A stretch of 64,000 bases of DNA from an uncultured Planctomycetales bacterium (GTDB lineage: Bacteria > Omnitrophota > Gorgyraeia > Aquiviventales > Aquiviventaceae): the NCBI GenBank assembly GCA_964556925.1, contig CAZKXY010000001.1, forward strand, positions 2,790-66,789, read 5' to 3'. Position 1 is the stretch's first letter; every line of letters begins with the position of its first letter. The translations under genes and the position numbers were made by a program. The notes beneath the pieces were generated by a model. That model was given only the letters and a program-made list of their open reading frames with translations, was not told the DNA's origin and made no database searches. Below are positions 1-9,154 of the stretch, in pieces.

Positions 1-2
1 CC

Positions 3-479
3 GAGCTGGCCACGGACGAGGCGACGACGGAATCGGTCCTCAAGCATGCGGTGGAGTGGCTCGACGCGCGCGGCTGCCCCATTGACATCGTCGTCTTTTT
101 GCAGCCGACGGATCTCTTTCGCAAGCGCTGGATGATCGAGGACGCCGTGCGGGCCTTGCTGGAGGACCCCGCGCTCGAGTCGGCCTTCGTCGCCACCCTG
201 GATCACAAGAATTACTGGGGCCAGGTCGACGGCCGCTACGTGCCGGTCTCTCATCGCGGCTACCAGCCGCGGCAGCAGAAGCCACCCGTCTATCGCGAGG
301 ACACCGGGTTGGCCTGCGCGACCCGCGCGGCGATCGTGAAACAGGGCCGGCGGATCGGCGACCGCGTGCACCTGCTGGTGAACCGCGACCAGACGTCGTT
401 CATCGACATCCACGGGGAGTTTGACCTCTGGCTGGCCGAGCGGGTGCTGGCCGAGGGCAAGCGGACCATCAATGACTAG
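3..479 (+). CDS. Acylneuraminate cytidylyltransferase family (CMP-nonulosonate synthetase), 5'-truncated by window edge
   Basis: ELATDEATTESVLKHA, LQPT, RQQKPPVYRE and final DIHGEFDLWLAE motifs typical of the NeuA/PseF C-terminal half. Confidence 0.85.
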   Translation, partial: ELATDEATTESVLKHAVEWLDARGCPIDIVVFLQPTDLFRKRWMIEDAVRALLEDPALESAFVATLDHKNYWGQVDGRYVPVSHRGYQPRQQKPPVYREDTGLACATRAAIVKQGRRIGDRVHLLVNRDQTSFIDIHGEFDLWLAERVLAEGKRTIND

Positions 480-1476
480 AGCCCATCCCACGCCCCTCGT
501 GTCGATCGTCATCCCCGCCTACAACGAGGCCGAGGTCCTGCCCCGGTTCTACCAGCAGCTCGCTGAGGCGCTCCGGCCCCTCGAGCCGCGCGCGGACTTC
601 GAGCTGTTGGTCGTGAACAACGGCAGCACCGACGGCACGCTGGCGCTGCTCGAGCAGCTGCGCGTCGCGGATGCGCGCCTGAAGATCGCCACCCTCTCCC
701 GCAATTTCGGCTACCAGGCGGCCATCACCGCCGGGCTCACCCTGGCGCGCGGCGACGCCGTGGCCTGCCTCGACGCGGACGGCGAGGATCCGCCGGCGAT
801 CCTCGCCCGGTTCATCGAGACATGGCTGGAGGGCCACGCCGACATCGTCTATGGCATCCGGGGCCGGCGGCCCGAGAGCGCGCTCATGCAGCTGGGACGG
901 CGCGCGTTCTACCGGCTGACCCGCGCGATCGCGGACAGCGAAATCGTCCTCGACATGTCGGAGTTCGGGCTGCTCGACCGCCGCGTGCGCGACGCCGTGC
1001 TGTCCACGCGCTCCACCTTCCCGTTCGTGCGCGCCCAGGTGGGCTACGTCGGCTTCAGGCGGGTGGGCATCCGCTATGACCGCGCGCCTCGCCTCGGCGG
1101 GCGCAGCCACTACACCCTGCGGCGGGCGCTGCGGTTCGGCCTGGCGGGCATCCTGTCTTCGTCCACCTTCCCGCTGCGCCTCCTGGCCTATGGGGGGGCG
1201 TACCTGGTGCCGGCCGGCCTCGCGGGGACGGTCGCCGTCGCCATCCTGGGGCTGCGCCAGGGCGGCCTCGGCGGCCTGGGGTGGCTCGAGCTGGCGCTGG
1301 CGATGCTGCTGCTGTGGCTCGTCTTCAGCGTCGGCGTCCTCGCCGTCTACATCGCCCGGATCTACAAGGACCAGGTGGGGCTCCCGCTCTATATCGTGGA
1401 CCACCAGCGCTCCTCGCTGCTCGATCCTGGAGCGCCCGACCGTGCGGCGTCAGAGCTTCCGGAGGTCTTGGGATGA
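472..1476 (+). CDS. GT2 polyprenol-phosphate glycosyltransferase (GtrB/YfdH-like)
   Basis: SIVIPAYNE, NNGSTD, LSRNFGYQAAITAGL, DADGEDPP, two C-terminal TM helices; ATG 472 overlaps upstream stop. Confidence 0.9.
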   Translation: MTRAHPTPLVSIVIPAYNEAEVLPRFYQQLAEALRPLEPRADFELLVVNNGSTDGTLALLEQLRVADARLKIATLSRNFGYQAAITAGLTLARGDAVACLDADGEDPPAILARFIETWLEGHADIVYGIRGRRPESALMQLGRRAFYRLTRAIADSEIVLDMSEFGLLDRRVRDAVLSTRSTFPFVRAQVGYVGFRRVGIRYDRAPRLGGRSHYTLRRALRFGLAGILSSSTFPLRLLAYGGAYLVPAGLAGTVAVAILGLRQGGLGGLGWLELALAMLLLWLVFSVGVLAVYIARIYKDQVGLPLYIVDHQRSSLLDPGAPDRAASELPEVLG

Positions 1477-2192
1477 GCCCTGGGACGAGGCCGCGGGGGG
1501 CCATTCGGTGGGTCATCGTTGGGGCGCTGAGCCTCGGCGCGCTGTGGCAGATCGCCACCCTGCCGTCCACGACCCGGCAAGGGGTGAACTCCCGACTCTC
1601 GATTTCCACCCTCCCCCTGTATGTCAAGGTCATCGACTTCCTGCACCGCCACGCGCACTATCAGCTGCTGGCCGAGGCGATCACGCGCGGGTGCCGCTCG
1701 GATGAGGAGCGGGCCCTGGCGATCTTCGCATGGACCCGGCGGAACATCCGTGAGACGCCCAAGGGCTGGCCCGTCATTGATGACCATGTCCTGGACATCA
1801 TCATCCGGGGCTACGGGGCCAACGATCAGATGGCGGACGTCTTCACCACGCTGGCGAGCTACGCCGGCCTGCCCGCGTTTTGGCGGCAGAGGGACGTGGC
1901 CCTCGCATTTGTCCAGACCGAGGGCCGGTGGCGGATGTTCGATGTGCAGTATGGATTGATCTTCACGGACGCCGACGGCCAGCTGGCCGAGGTCAACGCG
2001 CTGCTCGAGGATCCCGCCCTCATCAAGCAGGCGGCCGGATCGCTGACCGTCAATGGCCGCTCCTACGAGCAGTGCGTGGCCCGGATGGGGCCCTTCCGGG
2101 TTCCGGCCGTGCTGCGCGGCCGGCTCCACATGCCGCTGCCCCGATTGCTCTTCGAAGCCAAACGCCTGCTCCATCGCGCACCGGGAGGGTGA
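1473..2192 (+). CDS. Membrane-anchored hypothetical protein with transglutaminase-like core
   Basis: N-terminal TM segment; DEERALAIFAWTRRNI ... RGYGANDQMADVFTTLASYAGLPA ... WRMFD pattern; ATGA overlap at 1473. Confidence 0.55.
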   Translation: MSPGTRPRGAIRWVIVGALSLGALWQIATLPSTTRQGVNSRLSISTLPLYVKVIDFLHRHAHYQLLAEAITRGCRSDEERALAIFAWTRRNIRETPKGWPVIDDHVLDIIIRGYGANDQMADVFTTLASYAGLPAFWRQRDVALAFVQTEGRWRMFDVQYGLIFTDADGQLAEVNALLEDPALIKQAAGSLTVNGRSYEQCVARMGPFRVPAVLRGRLHMPLPRLLFEAKRLLHRAPGG

Positions 2193-3458
2193 ATGGCTGA
2201 GCGGGGGTGGGCGTCGGTGACGGCGATCGGGCTGGCGGTGCTCTCCGCGGAAGGGGCGGCGTACGCCACCTGGCGGCTGGTCGACGGGCCCGACAAGCTC
2301 GCGGTCTACCAGCAGGAGCAAGCGAGCGTGCCGGGATACCGGTACGTCGACTCGCTGGGCCTCGTCATGCCGGAGCCCGGGCGGGAGTTCGTGTGGCAGC
2401 AGTTTGAGTTCGTTGAGCGGTGCCGGACGTCGGCGGTCCCAGGCCTGGAGGCCGGACTGTTCGACGACGGGCTCGACGCCGGGCGGCCGGTCATCGCCCT
2501 GGCGCTCGGCGACTCCATGACCCGCGGGTTCGGCTCGACCGACTGCCTGCGGCTAGGCTGGGTGGAGCGGCTCGAAGCGGCCTTCCCGTGGCTTGACGTC
2601 GTGAACCTCTCGGTCCTGGCGGCCGGGCAGCACCAGGCGTTCCTGGTGTACGACCGGCTGGCGCCGCGCCTTCCGCACGACTGGGTCCTGATCAGCGTCT
2701 TCAGCGGCAATGACTTTCTGGATGACACGGAGCCGTTTGACTGGAACGTGGCGCTCGGGGCGCTGCCCGCCGGGGAGGATCCCACAGCCGCCCTCCGGCA
2801 CGCGAAAGCCGCCGTGCTGTACCGGCCCTCGGACGAGTGGCTGATGGCAAGGCCGGTGCGGTCGTACGCGGCGTGGCTGCTCCTCCGGATCGTGGAGAAG
2901 GTGGCGATGAGGCCCCTGCTCCCCCGGTGGGTTCGGGAGGGACGGGCCATCGAGGACCGCCTGGCCGCCGGCGCGGCCGATCCGCGGATCCCGGAGGCGC
3001 TGCGGCGCCTGGGGGCGGCGCAGCGGGCCAGCGCCAGGACGGTGCAGGCAGGGAACATGTGGTTCACGCTCTACGACTATCAGGGACGCCCGGACGACGC
3101 GGGGCGGCTGGCCCGGCATGCCGCCGGGCTCATCAACGCGTTCGGGGAGCGGCTCCGGGCGGCCGGGGTTCGGGCCGCCGTCGTGCTCCAGCCGAGCAAG
3201 GAGGAAATCTACCTGCCGGCCGGGCTCTCGGCCTCGCTGGGCCTTGCGCTCGACGCGCCGCTCGACGCGCTGCGCGCGGCGCTGGCGACTGGCTTGCCGG
3301 TGTGCGATCTCCGGGGGCCGCTGCGGGCGCAGGCGGGCGCCGGCGGCCCGCCGCTCTACTACGCGCGCGACGGCCACTACACGCCGGCGGGCTACGAGGC
3401 GGCGGCTGAGGCGATCGGGGCCTGCGTGGAGCGGCTGATGGGCCGGGGGTCCCGATGA
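2193..3458 (+). CDS. SGNH/GDSL-fold protein (AlgX/AlgJ-like O-acyltransferase or esterase)
   Basis: ALGDSMTRG (block I), SGNDF (block III), PSKEEIY, RDGHYTPAG (block V DxH); N-terminal anchor. Confidence 0.8.
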   Translation: MAERGWASVTAIGLAVLSAEGAAYATWRLVDGPDKLAVYQQEQASVPGYRYVDSLGLVMPEPGREFVWQQFEFVERCRTSAVPGLEAGLFDDGLDAGRPVIALALGDSMTRGFGSTDCLRLGWVERLEAAFPWLDVVNLSVLAAGQHQAFLVYDRLAPRLPHDWVLISVFSGNDFLDDTEPFDWNVALGALPAGEDPTAALRHAKAAVLYRPSDEWLMARPVRSYAAWLLLRIVEKVAMRPLLPRWVREGRAIEDRLAAGAADPRIPEALRRLGAAQRASARTVQAGNMWFTLYDYQGRPDDAGRLARHAAGLINAFGERLRAAGVRAAVVLQPSKEEIYLPAGLSASLGLALDAPLDALRAALATGLPVCDLRGPLRAQAGAGGPPLYYARDGHYTPAGYEAAAEAIGACVERLMGRGSR

Positions 3459-4699
3459 GGCGGGTGACCGCCTGCCCCGCCTGTTCGTCGACGGAGCGCC
3501 GGGCGCTGATGCACGTGGTGAGCCGGGTGGTGCGGGCGGAGGACCAGCTCGTCTATTGCTACTGTGACCGTTGCGGGTTGGTGTATGCGCAAGACGTGAT
3601 CGACACGCGGGCAGAATGCGACGGGACGTACACCGACCCCTATCGCCGGCTGAGCGACGAGCAGATCCTGCGTGACAGCACCGTGTTTCGCCTCAGGAAA
3701 AACCGCTACCGAAAGGCCTGGTTGGACAAGCAGCTTGCCGCGCTCGGCAAGACGTACCCCGCAGGCAAGCAGGCGCTGGAGATCGGGGCGAAGGACGGGT
3801 CATTCCTCTGGCTGCTCAAGCAGGACGGCTGGCAGGTCGCGGGGATCGACCCCAATCGGCGATATGGGGCCTGGGCGCGTCAGCACTATGGCGTGGACAT
3901 CCAGGACGGCTACTTCCAGCCCGGGAGCGTGAGCGGGACCCCGTATGATCTGGTCGCGCTGTTTTGCGTGTTTGAGCACATCGACAACCCCGGCGCCTTC
4001 CTCGGGGCGGTTCGGAGCGCGTTGCGCGAGGGCGGGCTGCTGTATCTCGAAACGGACAACCTGGCGTACCTGCAACAGCGACAATTGATCCCGATGCATC
4101 CCATCCTGTATTCCCGCCAGACGCTGACGCAGGTGCTGGCGCGCCACGGCTTCAGGATTCTGGCGATGACGGAGAACGCCCCTGGCGGGGCCATGGTATT
4201 TGACCAGTTGGCGGTCTTGGCGGAGGTCGCCGAGGGGCCAGCTCCGCTCACGTGCCAGCCGGCCGAGGACTTCGCGACGGCCAAGCGGATGCTGGAGCGC
4301 GCCCTGAGCGACGATTTTCCGTCTCCCACGCCGACAGGCACGAATCGGCTGTTTCGCGCGGTGAGCCGCGTGCTGGGTGAACGGCTGGCGTCTCTCCTGA
4401 AGGCGGGGTACGTGAGCGTCCGGGGGATGGGCAACCGCCGGCGCCTCGCCACGCGGGAATCCGCCGACGGACAGCCCACGTCCCGCCGATTCCCCGAGCC
4501 GATCCGTGACGCGTTCCTTCAGGGATCCCTGACGGCATCTCACCTGGAGGAACTGGCCAAGCTCGACGACGAGTGTGTGCAGTTGAAGATCTTGGCTCGG
4601 ATCAGGGCGTACCGGCTGTCTGCGGAGGCGACCCGTCAGCTGGTTGAACGCGAACGCGCCCACGACTGCCACGGCATCGAACAGGCGATCGTCTCATGA
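3455..4699 (+). CDS. Class I SAM-dependent methyltransferase with N-terminal Zn ribbon and C-terminal ParB-like helical domain
   Basis: CPAC...CDRC; LEIGAKDG, GIDPN, YDLVALFCVFEHI, LREGGLLYL; C-terminal FPEPIRDAFLQGSLTASH... Confidence 0.8.
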   Translation: MRRVTACPACSSTERRALMHVVSRVVRAEDQLVYCYCDRCGLVYAQDVIDTRAECDGTYTDPYRRLSDEQILRDSTVFRLRKNRYRKAWLDKQLAALGKTYPAGKQALEIGAKDGSFLWLLKQDGWQVAGIDPNRRYGAWARQHYGVDIQDGYFQPGSVSGTPYDLVALFCVFEHIDNPGAFLGAVRSALREGGLLYLETDNLAYLQQRQLIPMHPILYSRQTLTQVLARHGFRILAMTENAPGGAMVFDQLAVLAEVAEGPAPLTCQPAEDFATAKRMLERALSDDFPSPTPTGTNRLFRAVSRVLGERLASLLKAGYVSVRGMGNRRRLATRESADGQPTSRRFPEPIRDAFLQGSLTASHLEELAKLDDECVQLKILARIRAYRLSAEATRQLVERERAHDCHGIEQAIVS

Positions 4700-6588
4700 C
4701 CGTCGTCGAAACCCTGGGACCGGTGAGCTGGTGGGTGCTGCGGCGCCGGCGCGCCACCTGCCCCTGCGGCCGCCTCGTCGTCCTGCGACGCTCCTGGACC
4801 AGCCGGTGGCTTTGCCTGGTCCAGCGGGAGCGGATCCACCACGTGTCCACCGACCAGCTCGGCAGAGCCCGCGTCATCACCTCCTCCCTGACGGCGCGGC
4901 TGATGGACGCCATGCTGGGGCGGGGCGGGGTCGACCCCCAGCTGGAGCAGCTCCTCTTGCGATTCTTCTTTCACGATGAGCACATCCGCTTCGTCTGTCG
5001 GAAGAACCTGTTCCAGTGGGTCCAGGACCAGGCGACGCTCTACCAGGCGGCGTGGGAGATGGCCCGCGCGCGTCGGTGCCCCAGCGCCGCCTTCGTCCCC
5101 ACAGACCCCTATGCCGCAAGGCTGCTGGGGTGTTGGAAAGCGGCTCACGATCCCCAGGCCGCTGCGGGCCTGGAGATCATTGAGCACAACCTGCTCGTCG
5201 GGCTTGGGGTCTGGCGGAACGCGGCCTGGAGTTGGCTCGCCGGAAGCGGATTGCTGGCGGGCGTGCTGGTGCGGGTGGCTCGCCAGGGAATGGTGCGGCG
5301 TCTCCCCGCCCGCCGAGCCTTTCGTGTGGCGTTGCACAACCATCACGGCATCTCGAGACGGCCGCAGGATGTGCGGTTCGCCGAGTGTCTGGTTGACGGG
5401 CAGCGCCTCCGGAAGCAGGACGTGCTGCTGTTGCTCTCAGGGGCCAGGCGCGATCTGAAGCGGCAGCGCCAGTCCCTTGGCGACGGCATCGCGTCGACCC
5501 GCCTCTTCGGGCCGCCGGTTCCGCTGCCGTATCTCGTGCGGCTGGTGCCCCGGTTGCTCCGGGCGGTGGGGGCCTTCTGGGGTGTCCGGGGGACCGCTCA
5601 TGCGGTGCTCCGCTGGCGGGCGGCGGGCGCGATCCGGTATGGGCTCTTGCTCGAGGCGGTGTTGTCCCACTATGCGATCGGCGTGCTCCTGAGCACGGAG
5701 GAGTCGTTCTCCCATCACATTGTGGAGACCGTCGTGTTGAACCACTGGGGGGCTCGGACCGCGTGGATCCCCGAAAGCGTCGCCAGCCGCGACTACAATA
5801 TGACCTACCTGCACTACGATCTGCTCCCCATCCAAGGGCACTTCCCGGCGACCCTCCACGACGGGACGTGGAGCCGACGGATGGCCGTCAAGCCGGTGGG
5901 GATGCTCTGGAATGACGGGACGTCCCATGCCGAGATGGCCTCGGCGAGCGAGCCGGTGCGCGCGATCATCGCCGACGCGAAGCGGCTCAGCCGGAAGATC
6001 CTGGCGGCATTTGCCGGCTCCTACAGCGCCCCGGATGAATTCCTCGTGGAGCGGTATCGGCGGTTCCTCGCGGTGTTGGCGGCGCTGGCGGCGCAGGATC
6101 CGCGGCTGCTCATCCTGCTCAAGCCGAAGGCCAACGCCGATACGCCGCGCCACTTGACGTTTCTGTTCCAGCCGCCGTTTTGGGACGTCCTGGAGCCGGG
6201 GATCCGCCAGGGGACCATCCGCCTCCTCGACCCCCGCGAGGGGCTCACGTGCGCCGCGCAAGACCTGATCGCGGCGGCCGACGCCGTCGTCTCCACCAGC
6301 CAGTACGCGGCGTTTAATTCGGTGTGGGCGGAGGCGCTGTTGCTCGGCAAACCCTCCTATTCCTTCACCCCGTCGGAATTCCGTCGGGCCCTCTCCGCGC
6401 CGGGGTTATTCGACGAATGGCTCTTTGACGATGAGGACGCCCTGCTGGCCAAGCTCCAGGCGGCCCTGCGCGAGCCGCCGGCGCGCCCCCAGGTCGAGGC
6501 GCGGATCCGGTGGCTCTTCGACCCCTACAATGACGGCCGCGCCCTCGAGCGATTCAGGGACGCCGTCTTGTCCCTTGCCGGCGCGTGA
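4696..6588 (+). CDS. Hypothetical polysaccharide biosynthesis protein, probable GT-B-fold transferase
   Basis: C-terminal LILLKPK ... AQDLIAAADAVVST ... SVWAEALLLGKP ... FDPYNDGRALERFR, resembling CDP-glycerol/sialyltransferase-like GT-B proteins; context between two CMP-sugar synthetases. Confidence 0.5.
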   Translation: MTVVETLGPVSWWVLRRRRATCPCGRLVVLRRSWTSRWLCLVQRERIHHVSTDQLGRARVITSSLTARLMDAMLGRGGVDPQLEQLLLRFFFHDEHIRFVCRKNLFQWVQDQATLYQAAWEMARARRCPSAAFVPTDPYAARLLGCWKAAHDPQAAAGLEIIEHNLLVGLGVWRNAAWSWLAGSGLLAGVLVRVARQGMVRRLPARRAFRVALHNHHGISRRPQDVRFAECLVDGQRLRKQDVLLLLSGARRDLKRQRQSLGDGIASTRLFGPPVPLPYLVRLVPRLLRAVGAFWGVRGTAHAVLRWRAAGAIRYGLLLEAVLSHYAIGVLLSTEESFSHHIVETVVLNHWGARTAWIPESVASRDYNMTYLHYDLLPIQGHFPATLHDGTWSRRMAVKPVGMLWNDGTSHAEMASASEPVRAIIADAKRLSRKILAAFAGSYSAPDEFLVERYRRFLAVLAALAAQDPRLLILLKPKANADTPRHLTFLFQPPFWDVLEPGIRQGTIRLLDPREGLTCAAQDLIAAADAVVSTSQYAAFNSVWAEALLLGKPSYSFTPSEFRRALSAPGLFDEWLFDDEDALLAKLQAALREPPARPQVEARIRWLFDPYNDGRALERFRDAVLSLAGA

Positions 6589-8426
6589 GGATCCCCGCGA
6601 TGCGACGACTGCTCACGTTCCTTGAGCCCTCCCGGGGCTGGGTGGCGGCGACCGTGCTGTGCTTGACGGTGGCGGCGGTCCTTGAGTCGGTGGGCTTGAG
6701 CCTCTTCGTGCCCCTGATCACCGCGCTCGCCGATGGCCCGGCATCCCCGGCCACCGGGGGCTCGGCGCTCTTCGCGTCCTACCTTCGCTTCCTCGAGGGG
6801 GTGTCCAGGCATCGCGGGGTGGAGATCGTCGTGATCGCGTTGGGGATCGCCCTGGTGCTCAAGAATCTGTTCGGATATCTGGGTCGCCTGCTGGGGGCGT
6901 ATGTCGAGCTGCGGACCGTGAGACTCCTGCGCAGCCGGTTGTTTCAGACCTACCTGGGGTCGAGCTATCAGTTCTTCCTGGATCGGAAGCACGGGCGGCT
7001 GGTCCACGACCTCTTCACGGAGACCACGGTCGTCGGCGAGATGGTCGCGCTCTGCACGGTGTCGCTCTCGCACCTGATCACGATGGCGGCGCTCTACCTG
7101 CTGTTAGTGCTCATCTGCTGGCAAGCGACCCTCGTCGCCTCCGCCATCTTCGCGCTCTTGACCGTTGGCCTGCAGGGCCTGTCAGGGCTGTCCCAGCATG
7201 TGGGGGCGTTGCGCCAGCGGGTGGCCAGCGAATTCGTCGCGCTCGGCACAGAGCTCATCCTCGGCATTCGCCAGGTCAAGGTGTTTGCGGCGGAGCGGCT
7301 GTTTGCCGAGCGGTTCAGGGCGCTCGCGCACCGGTTGAGCCGGGTGAATCTCCGCGTTCGGGCCGTGTCGCTGTCAGCGGAACCGCTCAGCGAGCTGGTG
7401 GTGCTGCTCGTCATGGTCAGCCTGGTCATCCTGGCGAGCCGGGGGATCGTCGGCGCGGCCACCACCCGGCTGTCGATCCTGATCACCTTTGCGGTGGTGC
7501 TCGTCCGGCTGCTGCCGGCGCTTGGCTCGCTCAACAAGGACCTCATCCGGCTGAGCGCCAACCTGAAGTCCGTCGAGGTCATCGCGGACCTGCTGGCGCG
7601 CCCGCCCCAACAGCCGGAGCCCCGGCGGGGCCGGGTCTTCGGCGAATTGCGTGACGCGATCCGGTTCGACGGGGTCGAGTTCTCGTATCCCGGCAGGCCC
7701 GAGGCTCCCGTCTTGCGGGGGGTCACGCTGCCGTTTCCCAAGGGCCGGACGACGGCGATCGTGGGCCCGTCGGGATCCGGCAAATCGACCCTGATCGACC
7801 TCGTCATCCGGCTCTACGAGCCGCGCCAGGGGCGCCTGCTGGTCGATGGGGTGGATCTTCAGGAGTACGAGCTCGCCTCGTGGCGGCGGGCGATCGGCTT
7901 CGTGAGCCAGGAGACCTTCATCTTCAACGCGTCGATTCGGGAGAACATCGCCTTTGCCTGTCCCGAGGCCAGCGAGGCCGACATCCGCTGGGCGGCCCAA
8001 CAGGCCGATGCCCACGAGTTCATCCAGCGGCTCCCCCACGGCTACGACACCGTGGTGGGGGAGCGGGGCCTGAAGCTGTCCGGCGGGGAGCGGCAGCGGA
8101 TCGCGATCGCGCGGGCGGTGCTCCGCCGCCCGCAGATCCTCATCTTCGATGAGGCGACGAGCGCGCTGGACAACGCGTCTGAACAGCGCGTCCAAGAGGC
8201 CATCGCGCGCATCAGCCAGGACCGGACCGTGATCGTGGTCGCGCACCGGCTCTCCACGATCAGCCGGGCCGACCAGATCGTTGTGCTCGATCTGGGCCGG
8301 ATCGCGGAGCAGGGGACGCATGAGGGGCTCCTGGCGCGGCGCGGGGTGTACTGGCGGCTGTATCACGCGGACGGGGTGCCGAGCCCCGACCCTCGCCCGG
8401 CCGAATGGCTGGCGGCGGTCGAATGA
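6585..8426 (+). CDS. ABC transporter permease/ATPase (MsbA/PglK-like lipid-linked glycan exporter)
   Basis: Multi-TM N-terminal domain, Walker A GPSGSGKST, LSGGERQ signature, Walker B ILIFDE, H-loop AHRLST. Confidence 0.93.
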   Translation: MRIPAMRRLLTFLEPSRGWVAATVLCLTVAAVLESVGLSLFVPLITALADGPASPATGGSALFASYLRFLEGVSRHRGVEIVVIALGIALVLKNLFGYLGRLLGAYVELRTVRLLRSRLFQTYLGSSYQFFLDRKHGRLVHDLFTETTVVGEMVALCTVSLSHLITMAALYLLLVLICWQATLVASAIFALLTVGLQGLSGLSQHVGALRQRVASEFVALGTELILGIRQVKVFAAERLFAERFRALAHRLSRVNLRVRAVSLSAEPLSELVVLLVMVSLVILASRGIVGAATTRLSILITFAVVLVRLLPALGSLNKDLIRLSANLKSVEVIADLLARPPQQPEPRRGRVFGELRDAIRFDGVEFSYPGRPEAPVLRGVTLPFPKGRTTAIVGPSGSGKSTLIDLVIRLYEPRQGRLLVDGVDLQEYELASWRRAIGFVSQETFIFNASIRENIAFACPEASEADIRWAAQQADAHEFIQRLPHGYDTVVGERGLKLSGGERQRIAIARAVLRRPQILIFDEATSALDNASEQRVQEAIARISQDRTVIVVAHRLSTISRADQIVVLDLGRIAEQGTHEGLLARRGVYWRLYHADGVPSPDPRPAEWLAAVE

Positions 8427-9151
8427 GCGCGACACGCGTCCTCGCGGTGATCCCGGCGAGAGGCGGCTCGAAGGGGGTGCCGCGGAAGAACCTCAAGCTG
8501 CTCCAGGGCCGGCCGTTGCTGGCCCACATGATCGACGCCGCGCAGCACGCGACCCGCGTCCACCGGCTGGTGGTCTCGACGGAGGATGAGGAGATCGCCG
8601 AGGCGGCGCGGCGCTGCGGGGCCGAGGTGTTTCCGCAGCCGCCGGCATTGGCCGGCGATGGCGTCCCCATGATCGCCGTGACGAAGCACGTGGCGGAATG
8701 CCTGACCCGCGCGGGGTGGAGCGCCGAGATCGTCGTGCAGCTGTCGGCGAGCTGCCCGTTCGTGCCGTCCGCGAAGATCGACGAGGCGGTCGGGTATCTC
8801 CTCGCTGGCGAGACCGATTGCGCGGTGAGCCTCAAGCGGATTGAGCACGAGCATCCCTACCGCGCGAAAGCCCTGGGCGATGGCCACGTCTTTGAGAGCT
8901 TCCTCAAGGACCGGAACGTCGAACAGTATCTCCTGCGCCAGTCGCTTCCGCCGCTCTATTGCACGTCGGGCGCCATTTACGCCTGGACGCGCGCGCTGCT
9001 GTCCGCCTGGAACGGGAAGGATTTTTGCTTCGGCCAGCGCCCGAAGGCGGTGCTGGTCAACGATCGCGAAGCGATCAATATCGACCGGCCGATTGATTTC
9101 GCGTTCGCAGAGTTCCTCGCGGGCCTCGAGCCCCCGCGCCAGGCGGGGTAG
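8423..9151 (+). CDS. Acylneuraminate cytidylyltransferase family (NeuA/PseF-like)
   Basis: IPARGGSKGVPRKN, VVSTEDEEI, RQSLPPLY, INIDRPIDF. Confidence 0.92.
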   Translation: MSATRVLAVIPARGGSKGVPRKNLKLLQGRPLLAHMIDAAQHATRVHRLVVSTEDEEIAEAARRCGAEVFPQPPALAGDGVPMIAVTKHVAECLTRAGWSAEIVVQLSASCPFVPSAKIDEAVGYLLAGETDCAVSLKRIEHEHPYRAKALGDGHVFESFLKDRNVEQYLLRQSLPPLYCTSGAIYAWTRALLSAWNGKDFCFGQRPKAVLVNDREAINIDRPIDFAFAEFLAGLEPPRQAG

Positions 9152-9154
9152 GCG

